A DNA stretch of 32,000 bases from Candidatus Hadarchaeales archaeon (GTDB lineage: Archaea > Hadarchaeota > Hadarchaeia > Hadarchaeales > Hadarchaeaceae). Positions 26,601-32,000 of the stretch are shown piece by piece. Where the stretch lies: contig JAWBCC010000001.1 in assembly GCA_038823825.1 (NCBI GenBank), positions 431,421 through 463,420 of the forward strand, read 5' to 3'. Both the position numbers and the translations under genes were made by a program. Numbering within the stretch: the stretch's first letter is position 1; each line of letters starts with the position of its first letter. The notes beneath the pieces were generated by a model. It ran no database searches. It saw only the letters and a list, made by a program, of their open reading frames with translations, and was not told the DNA's origin.

Positions 26601-28252
26601 AAATATGTTGCTGTTTCTCCTGTGGAAATTCCCAGTCTGTTATCAACGACCCACATACGTTTGTTGTCGCCCTCAAAGTAAAGAGAATTGTTCAAGTTTA
26701 CCCTTCCCCATCCCTGATCCCAATTCGGGTAGAAGTAACCGTTGTAGTATGCATACTGTCCATTTATCTCAACGGCTCCGGCGATGAGTGTGGCCTTTAC
26801 GAGGGCGGAGGAGGGCTCGAATGCGTCCGCGGGGTTTCTTTTTCCGCTGGGATACCACCCTTCCTCGTAGTATTGTCTAATCAAGGCAACTGAGCCGGCT
26901 ACGGCGGGCGTGGACATGCTCGTTCCACTTTTCTGGATGTACAAGTTATCTCCCTCAAAATTCGCAGACCATATAAACTGACCGGGTGCGACAACGGTCG
27001 GTCTTATTCTATTGTCCTGGGTGGGTCCACGACTGCTGTAATACCAAATGTCGTTGGAGGATACACCATTTTTCGTGGCGCCTACGGCAATCACATTCTT
27101 TGCTTCTGCTTGAGCGCTCAGAGTCCCAGATGATGGGCCTGAATTTCCCATTCCATAAAGAATTGTGAAATCTTTGTGAAGCCAAAGAAAATTGTCGATT
27201 CGCTGACTTTCCGAAGTGTAGCCGCTACCGCCTCCCCAGCTATTTGTGTGAATTAGGGAGCCAACGTCGTAAGCCGGTTCAAACATTTTGAAAAAATCAT
27301 CTGGTGGGTAAATGTAGGGATCTGAATCGCTGTCGATATCTTGCATTACTATTCTTGCGACGAAAGCGTGCCCATCGTGTTTGGCAACATCATAAGCGAA
27401 CAAAGTACCTGCATCACCGGCAACTGTCCCCGCGACATGTGTCCCATGACCGCTCTCGTCACCCAAGGCTCCTCCAGCGCCCTCGGGTACGTAGTACGCT
27501 CGTATTTTACGGTGGTTTATTCCTACGTTCTCGCTGTCCACAAACATCTCGTGGGTGATGCGAATACCGGTGTCGGCGATCGTAATCAGCTGATTCTCTC
27601 CATGAAGCCCGTTCTCGTGAACCGGCGCGAAATGATAGATTCCGGACTGGACCACCCATCGAGCGTTTTCGTTGAAAATCTTTGGTTGGGTGTACGGCTC
27701 TATCCAAAGAACCTCATCGAGCGAGGCCAAGGCTAATAGATCAGACTTATTGACTCTACCTATCAAAGAATTTTCGATCATAACGACTCTGACGGACACA
27801 TCACCCCATTTCTGTAGAAGATCTGGGTGAATTTTGTATTGCGGCAGATACGGACCGGCCCATTGAACGTATGAAAGATTTCTGATTTTTTCTAAGGTTG
27901 AGAAATCCTTCGTTTTAATAAGAAAAGTGTAGTCTGGGATATACCACAGGATTTCGCACCTTCCGATTTCTTGTAGCTCCTTTTTCCAATCTGGCATAAT
28001 CGGTCCTTTCATCTGCACCAGAAGGAGATTCGTTTCGCTCCACATTTGAAGTGTGTGAGCATCATGGAGTGGGTCAAAAGAGCCAGATTTAAGGTGTATG
28101 AAAATTTTTTCCCTTTGTCCGGTGGAGGTGGGGAGGAGAAAGATAGATAACATCGAAAGTAAAAGCCCAAAAAATATGAACGCCTTAAAAGTTTCTTTAA
28201 GCTGACTCATCACTGTTTTCCTACTTTTCCTGAAATAAATACCTCCAAACAC
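23651..28252 (-). CDS. Large secreted, C-terminally membrane-anchored S8 (subtilisin/KP-43-like) serine protease with tandem FnIII/Ig-like repeats
   Basis: 1533 aa. Signal-like N-terminus; triad motifs IADTG (D227), GHGTHVAG (H269), SGTSMSTPAVAG (S445); NSWG oxyanion region (HTNSWGGGSG); repeats 'WYWRVKARDNAGNEGxWSxxRSFxVDTxPP'; C-terminal TM IVIFIGCVSIAALAVFW plus basic tail. The likely start is MSQLKETF at about 28210. Confidence 0.93.
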   Translation of the reverse strand: MFGGIYFRKSRKTVMSQLKETFKAFIFFGLLLSMLSIFLLPTSTGQREKIFIHLKSGSFDPLHDAHTLQMWSETNLLLVQMKGPIMPDWKKELQEIGRCEILWYIPDYTFLIKTKDFSTLEKIRNLSYVQWAGPYLPQYKIHPDLLQKWGDVSVRVVMIENSLIGRVNKSDLLALASLDEVLWIEPYTQPKIFNENARWVVQSGIYHFAPVHENGLHGENQLITIADTGIRITHEMFVDSENVGINHRKIRAYYVPEGAGGALGDESGHGTHVAGTVAGDAGTLFAYDVAKHDGHAFVARIVMQDIDSDSDPYIYPPDDFFKMFEPAYDVGSLIHTNSWGGGSGYTSESQRIDNFLWLHKDFTILYGMGNSGPSSGTLSAQAEAKNVIAVGATKNGVSSNDIWYYSSRGPTQDNRIRPTVVAPGQFIWSANFEGDNLYIQKSGTSMSTPAVAGSVALIRQYYEEGWYPSGKRNPADAFEPSSALVKATLIAGAVEINGQYAYYNGYFYPNWDQGWGRVNLNNSLYFEGDNKRMWVVDNRLGISTGETATYFVNIIDNTQPLKFVLCWTDYPGSPSASIQLVNDLDLKVTDPNGNVYLGNVFAGYNPGFSVAGGSADRRNTEEAVILTPENNRFPTGIYKIEVIGYNVPMGEPETDAQPFALVVVGGISPEQPVIAPTFTWTQTTWDGGIKELEVGRFTRSYAWFYSAENIIWENSGKITLSPGSVSGWIESNIFDSHRTADWKNVRLIANKPPGSEIVIKLRTGMDNNPYDGGWTDWIVHQNGMENENLPSGRYLQYRLELFGSAPEIREISVTYIPTLLAPTFLYPSLGENIGENEFVISWTEVWSSSPPVLYRLWIDNDPDFSSVDVDSGWIENTTWALTSPLPDGIWYARIQARDNARFLSENSEIWFRVDTVNPPPPVLLNPLEGENTNNVTPIFSWQSVVENSLPVLYLVSISDNYEFPYENISSGWISNNQWTSPSLGDGVWYWRVKARDNAGNEGDWSEIRSFRVDTVPPNAPNLISPLDNEVVSTSAPILVWQGVQENSLPVMYLVAVSDDPLFQHENRSSGWILSTSWVLTPPLPNGRYYWKVKARDNAGNEGVWSGQRSFTIDTTPPSSPSLLLPFNNSSTRSSTVTFSWSEVLDDSPPISYMISISKNPNFSPEVWNSGWISATSWSATLSDGTWFWRVKAKDFAGNESFWSQIFVLNVDTTPPPVPSPIFPPQNYIISSSSPVFEWAGVSDFSPPVSYLLQISDVDTFAHENRTSGWIQQTSWQVSPPLSDGVWFWRVKAKDGLGNESGWSPTMRIIVDTIPPEKPTIFSSTHAEGVPSSNRNVLFHWSTVGGPSSVVYFYRLDNYDNEWKQTTETNVSYQGLPDGVFTFLLKAKDAGGESETGKYSIIVDTVPPDIEIFGLENENRLKSSSRIFTLKGRVEPGSTIEIDNLRVLADENGIFNVDLQLSEGLNLFLLKIVDRAGNVTERQLVVEWPGPSWVQKYKIVIFIGCVSIAALAVFWKIYRLPRMKRRKRKRRSSR
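24041..25795 (-). repeat. Roughly six tandem ~100-aa FnIII/Ig-like repeats inside the subtilase (protein residues ~820-1404)
   Basis: Recurring xPVxYxxxISDxxxFxxENxxSGWIxxxxWxxxPxLxDGxWYWRVKAKDxxGNExxWSxxxxxxVDTxPP units, seen directly in the translation. The last unit is divergent and is followed by a bacterial Ig-like module. Confidence 0.85.
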
Positions 28253-28272
28253 GGGAGAATTTTGTTGATCTC

Positions 28273-30171
28273 TTACTCTTCGGGTAGATTTTCTGGAGAA
28301 ACAGGGTCTCCAAATTCTTTCATGAGCTCGAGCAATCTCTTTTTCTGCTCCTCAAGAATCACAAATATCTCGGCCGGGGCTTCTGGTTCATTCTTCCAGA
28401 ATTTCTCGACTCTCTCTGTTTTCTTCAGATTTTCTTTCACACGAATTGAAAACTGCTTGATGTATTCCTCACGAGAATATTCTTTTTTCCGGACTTTACG
28501 GAAGAGTTCGACCAGGTCTTCATACCTCGGGATGAGTCCAGTAGGAGCTACAAGTGCTCCTACTTCGTCATGAACCCGGAGCTCCATCCATTTCACCCAG
28601 ACGTGCTTGTCCAGTCTCTCGTTCAAATATTCGCCAGTCTTCAGATCGCGGAGGAAATAGTTAACTCCAAAAACCAGAGGAACTTTCTTTAGCTTCCTTC
28701 CGAATTCTAGATAGTTCCTTATGTACTGGCCGAGCGGAATTGAAAGGAAATCTTGGATGCTCATAACGTTTATCTCAAACTTGGGCTCCTCGATTATCGC
28801 GAATGTCGTTTCCGTTTCGAGCCCTGCGCCGTAGACGACTATGCCATGCTCCCAGCTGAAACCCTGCTGGACCGGAACGAAAGCTCTGTAGTCGCGTCCA
28901 CCAAACATTATTCCGCCAATTTCTACGCCATTCGGATTGTCAAGCTCTGGATCGCAGTTCGGCAGAGCTCTGAGGTTGACAGTATAGCGTGCGTTCGGGT
29001 GGGCCGGCGGAATCGGTTTCCCATCTGGCCCTACTTTTCCCTCCCACCACTCACCTGAGAAGTTTATACCGCGTTTTGGGAGCTCACATCCCATTTCAAG
29101 CCACCACGGTCTAGCGTCTTTTATCAAAACATTTGAGAAGATTATTTCTCCTGGACTCGTGAGAACTTGATATATCAGAGGATCGCTTTCCGGACTGACT
29201 CCTTGGAGAATTCCGAAAATTCCTGCTTCGACATTCACAGCACGACAAACTCCGTCAATGTTCTTTACGTAAGCGATGTCATCCGCAAGAATCGTTTCTC
29301 CCGGAAGCATGGCTGTTGATGTTTTTCCACATGCGCTTGGGAATGCTCCAGCGAAATAGGTCTTTCTCCCGTTTGGACCGCGAACTCCCATGATCATGAA
29401 GTGCTCGGCAAGCCAGCCTTCCCTGTGGGCTTTGCGAATCGCAAGCCTAAGAGCGAGTTTCTTGAAACCTACAGAGTTTCCGGCATACTGAGTGTTTACA
29501 CTGTAGACCGTGTTCGTCACGTAATCGATGTAAATTCTTTTCTTTTCGTGATCTATGCTGGTCATCCTTTCGTCCAACCTGCCGGAAGAGTGAAGGGTCT
29601 TGAAAACTTCTGCGTTTTCGTCCAGAGCGCAGAAAACGTCATATCCGGAGCGATAGAGAAGGCTAACAGAATGAGCAACGTACCAAGAGTCTGTACATTC
29701 CATGCACGGAATAGTGAAGGGGGAGTTCTTCGGACCGAGCGTCAAGAAACGGACAATCATCGTTTTTCCTTTCATCGAGCCTTTCAAGAGTCCGAAGATT
29801 TCTGACAATCCTTCGTCCCTGTCGATTTGGTTAAGTCTCGGACTTAGATAATCACCCTTCGGCACCAGGAATTTTGTAGCCTGCCTGTCACGGCCCTGAT
29901 CAAAATAACCGTCAAAGTGAAATGTGTGCCCGGGAATGCTAAGAGCAGCACATTCCTCTCCACTCGCTATCGCCATATGTTTGATGTACGCGAGGTCGTC
30001 TGGTGAGTCGTTGCAGACGAAAATTCTGTCTGGTTCGCAGAGCTCAATCGCCATGGCGATGAACTCATAGACTTGAGGGGATCGTATGGCCGTAAGCTTT
30101 TCTAGCTCCTTTTCTGGAGCCTTCCTTGCCACTATTTCGAGATGTCTGTTTATTTCGTTATTTTTTGACAT
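28273..30171 (-). CDS. pckG: Phosphoenolpyruvate carboxykinase (GTP)
   Basis: 632 aa; FPSACGKTSTAMLPG (GTP-PEPCK kinase-1a), GANARYTVNLRALPNC-type segment (HPNARYTVNLRALPNCDPELDNPNGVEIGGIMFGGRDYR), PFTIPCMECTDSWYVAHSV. Confidence 0.95.
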   Translation of the reverse strand: MSKNNEINRHLEIVARKAPEKELEKLTAIRSPQVYEFIAMAIELCEPDRIFVCNDSPDDLAYIKHMAIASGEECAALSIPGHTFHFDGYFDQGRDRQATKFLVPKGDYLSPRLNQIDRDEGLSEIFGLLKGSMKGKTMIVRFLTLGPKNSPFTIPCMECTDSWYVAHSVSLLYRSGYDVFCALDENAEVFKTLHSSGRLDERMTSIDHEKKRIYIDYVTNTVYSVNTQYAGNSVGFKKLALRLAIRKAHREGWLAEHFMIMGVRGPNGRKTYFAGAFPSACGKTSTAMLPGETILADDIAYVKNIDGVCRAVNVEAGIFGILQGVSPESDPLIYQVLTSPGEIIFSNVLIKDARPWWLEMGCELPKRGINFSGEWWEGKVGPDGKPIPPAHPNARYTVNLRALPNCDPELDNPNGVEIGGIMFGGRDYRAFVPVQQGFSWEHGIVVYGAGLETETTFAIIEEPKFEINVMSIQDFLSIPLGQYIRNYLEFGRKLKKVPLVFGVNYFLRDLKTGEYLNERLDKHVWVKWMELRVHDEVGALVAPTGLIPRYEDLVELFRKVRKKEYSREEYIKQFSIRVKENLKKTERVEKFWKNEPEAPAEIFVILEEQKKRLLELMKEFGDPVSPENLPEE

Positions 30172-30272
30172 TTTGTTAACACCTCACGGTTGATTTTCAA
30201 CATTTTTATGCCATAGGATTTAAAAACTTTATCATTACGTTTTATGAAGAAAAAATTTCCAAAATGACGAAA

Positions 30273-30286
30273 AGGTTTTTAAAACT
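30273..30286 (+). promoter_or_regulatory. Candidate archaeal TATA box (AGGTTTTTAAAACT)
   Basis: AT-rich element preceded by purines; the predicted TSS, about 25 nt downstream, falls near ATG 30305. Sequence inspection only. Confidence 0.4.
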
Positions 30287-30339
30287 TTTGCTAAAGAATG
30301 ACTGATGAAAGATAAAAAAGAAGAATAGCGCTCGCTTTT

Positions 30340-30783
30340 GTGGTGATAGCTTTAATCGCTGTTGTGGCTTTTGTTTTTCTCTCCAAAAAGGAAAAGAAAG
30401 AGGAGGGTGGAGGAGAAGCGCCACCTTCATGCGAACTCCCTCCAGAGTATTTCTCCATTAATAGAGTTTACTTCAGCGACATTTCTCCATATGATTTTGA
30501 GGTCGTCGTTGAGATCACGAGCGGCGGAAGAGGAGTACGTGTCTGCTCCATCGGGATTGACTATGGAAATGGGATCGGATTTCAAGACAATGTAATCGAG
30601 GCGGAGTATACTCCTCCAAAAAATCCTGAAAACTGCAAAATTGTACTCAGAGAAGACATGGCAAAATGGACACTACCTAGCGGTCAACATCCCAAGACTG
30701 GACAAACATATCACACAAAGGTCCATTTAACTCTTACAGACAACACATACCTCGTTTGGGAAGGAAACACGGGATATCTGTAG
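30340..30783 (+). CDS. Hypothetical membrane-anchored/secreted protein (GTG start, or ATG 30305 if a frameshift at the A6 run is real)
   Basis: 147 aa; N-terminal TM (MVIALIAVVAFVFLSKKEKKEEGGG) then a beta-rich exterior domain with 3 Cys. No family recognised. Confidence 0.65.
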   Translation: MVIALIAVVAFVFLSKKEKKEEGGGEAPPSCELPPEYFSINRVYFSDISPYDFEVVVEITSGGRGVRVCSIGIDYGNGIGFQDNVIEAEYTPPKNPENCKIVLREDMAKWTLPSGQHPKTGQTYHTKVHLTLTDNTYLVWEGNTGYL

Positions 30784-30807
30784 ACTTGAAGGAATAAACC
30801 AAAAAAT

Positions 30808-31287
30808 GTGATCCGGTGGCGAGGAAAGAGAAGTACTGGTGTTTTCTTTTATAAACCTCCTTGTCCAAAACCAAAGCCGGTAGAAAGCATGCAAGAGGAA
30901 CGTCTGCCGAAGTTTGAGGATTTTGTTGAACCAGATATTCCTATGAATTCGTCGCACACCGTCGGGCTCACAAATAGACTAAAGCGTGACCCGCGAAGCT
31001 CCGGTCTCGGATGCTTTGAGCTGATCAACTCCCACGGCAAAGGAAACCGAGAAGAGTTATTGAAAAAAGCGACGGAGCTGGCTATTCTACTGAGAATGAA
31101 GCATGGATACACTTTCGATGTGGACATGCTGGTTGACACTCTCCTACATCTTCGGAAGGCCGGCTTCATGGATGGCTTGATAACTGCGTTTTACTTTACC
31201 ACTCCTCAACCGCTCATTTTGGAATCCGCTGACGTTTACGGCGAACCGCTGAACTATTTGCTTGTTGCGCCAAGAATCGATGAATGA
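30808..31287 (+). CDS. Hypothetical protein; likely start ATG 30889 (MQEERLPKF)
   Basis: Open frame of 159 aa on the same strand as the preceding ORF; TTTTATAAAC at ~30847-30856 could be a TATA box for a start near 30889. No family recognised. Confidence 0.5.
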   Translation: MIRWRGKRSTGVFFYKPPCPKPKPVESMQEERLPKFEDFVEPDIPMNSSHTVGLTNRLKRDPRSSGLGCFELINSHGKGNREELLKKATELAILLRMKHGYTFDVDMLVDTLLHLRKAGFMDGLITAFYFTTPQPLILESADVYGEPLNYLLVAPRIDE

Positions 31288-31527
31288 AATTCATTACTCG
31301 GTCAGAGATTTGACAATCATAACTTTTTTTCAAGCAATGCTCACAAAATTTAGCGAAGCTGAGCATTTCTCGTGCATCGTCTCTTTCTCCTTTGCTGTTA
31401 TGCAGGAAGTTCATTACTTCTATAACTTTTTTGAAGCTTGCCGCTGGATAAACACGACTGTGAAAAGCAAAGCATTGCTTTCTTCAACCTTTTCGAATGA
31501 AGCAATTAAATCTTCTAATTGACACAT
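31214..31527 (-). pseudogene. Possible frameshifted small gene: 35-aa ORF (31420..31527) joined at an A6 run to the 66-aa ORF frame (31214..31414)
   Basis: The 0-frame ORF MCQLEDLIASFEKVEESNALLFTVVFIQRQASKKL* contains TCA AAA AAG TTA TAG. A -1 shift, or one extra A, continues as ...QASKKVIEVMNFLHNSKGERDDAREMLSFAKFCEHCLKKSYDCQISDRVMNFIHRF..., about 104 aa. A TATA-like TATATTTAAATT lies ~31 nt upstream. Confidence 0.35.
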
Positions 31528-31557
31528 TCTCTGAGCATCAATTTTTTGCTTGAGAAC

Positions 31558-31569
31558 TATATTTAAATT
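31558..31569 (-). promoter_or_regulatory. Candidate TATA box for the small minus-strand ORF starting at 31527
   Basis: AATTTAAATATA on the minus strand, ~31 nt upstream of ATG 31527, overlapping the stop of the Cas6-like gene. Inspection only. Confidence 0.3.
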
Positions 31570-32000
31570 CAGAGAGAAAAGTCAATCGGTTCAAAATTCA
31601 AAAAGCCCATACCGAAGGAGGATTTGGCTCCAGCTCCCAAAACCTTTCCAACTCCAAGCAGCCATCTCCCTGTCTCGTCCAGCTTATCGAACTCGTAATC
31701 AGCTATTCCCGTCCAGCAATGCCAAAATTCTCTCTTTCCAGTTCTTTGAGAAACGCCAACTAGGCGATGGTAACGTTGCATCACTGGCTTCACTTTCCCC
31801 TCACACGTAAAATCTCCAACCTTTTCCCCGCTTCCATATTCATTAACAAACCTCACTAAACGTTGGTGAATGAGCTTCAGCAGATGCTGCGGAGGGGGCG
31901 GAAAACCGAGAGGAAGCTGGATCGGGGTGTAGAAATTTACTCTTACTCTTCTCCCTTCAAAAGGTTGAAGTTTCTTGACGTCAATTTCCTTAAGCCGAGA
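31569..32000 (-). CDS. cas6: Cas6-like CRISPR endoribonuclease, C-terminal portion (5' end beyond the right window edge)
   Basis: The frame stays open to position 32000; the ORF track shows only 95 aa from an internal GTG. My 143-aa translation: SRLKEIDVKKLQPFEGRRVRVNFYTPIQLPLGFPPPPQHLLKLIHQRLVRFVNEYGSGEKVGDFTCEGKVKPVMQRYHRLVGVSQRTGKREFWHCWTGIADYEFDKLDETGRWLLGVGKVLGAGAKSSFGMGFLNFEPIDFSL. The 'fxTPixl', '...GxxGxxxY', 'LLgxGxxlGxGakSSFGmGf' pattern matches PF10040-type Cas6 C-terminal domains. Confidence 0.75.
   Translation of the reverse strand, partial: SRLKEIDVKKLQPFEGRRVRVNFYTPIQLPLGFPPPPQHLLKLIHQRLVRFVNEYGSGEKVGDFTCEGKVKPVMQRYHRLVGVSQRTGKREFWHCWTGIADYEFDKLDETGRWLLGVGKVLGAGAKSSFGMGFLNFEPIDFSL

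Noticed and set aside
30242-30430. 62-aa minus-strand ORF (MKVALLLHPPLSFPFWREK...)
   Set aside because: Overlaps the start of the plus-strand secreted ORF; its Phe/Lys/Pro-rich composition comes from reading AT-rich promoter and lysine-rich coding sequence backwards.
31262-31522. 86-aa plus-strand ORF (MLRQESMNEIHYSV...)
   Set aside because: Phe/Ser-rich, overlaps the end of the preceding ORF and is antisense to the better-supported frameshifted minus-strand ORF. Kept only as a weak alternative.
31288-31568. Considered as CRISPR leader/array next to cas6-like gene
   Set aside because: No direct repeat of 24-40 bp recurring at regular spacing was seen. Only a short inverted repeat (AAAGCAA-AGCA-TTGCTTT, 31464-31481) is present, and that may be chance.
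1-32000. Search for mobile elements, retrons, DGRs, toxin-antitoxin pairs and other cas genes
   Set aside because: No transposase, integrase, reverse transcriptase or second cas gene is recognisable in the listed ORFs. I could not run profile searches, so weak homologues cannot be ruled out.

Overview
The window looks like a piece of an archaeal chromosome with euryarchaeal-type gene order. Most genes are on the minus strand, in dense operons. Reading left to right: (1) a replication/translation cluster of nop10 (truncated at the left edge and absent from the ORF track), aIF2-alpha, rps27e, rpl44e, GINS, priS, priL, pcn, a single-OB-fold protein and TFS, followed by Nudix, signal peptidase, DUF99, rpoL, a small conserved-looking ORF, csl4 and dph2; (2) a C1/F420/carbon island of mer, divergent cofE-cofD, a PHP phosphoesterase and form III RuBisCO; (3) the distal part of the spc-type ribosomal operon (truB/cbf5, eL14, cmk, eL34, EMC3/DUF106-like, adkA, secY, uL15, uL30, uS5, uL18, eL19, eL32, uL6); (4) a pilin-like secreted protein, an unlinked 5S rRNA, a 42-aa RpoP gene missed by the ORF track, and tRNA-Asp(GTC) with encoded CCA; (5) a 1533-aa membrane-anchored subtilase with tandem FnIII-like repeats, and GTP-type PEP carboxykinase; (6) a right-hand accessory edge with uncharacterised ORFs, two candidate frameshifts at A6 runs, and the C-terminal 143 aa of a Cas6-like (PF10040-like) endoribonuclease running off the right end. 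No CRISPR array is visible. The least explained part is roughly 30.3-32 kb; the rest is mostly well-known archaeal machinery. No new system is demonstrated. The best lead is the Cas6-like gene and its frameshifted downstream neighbour.
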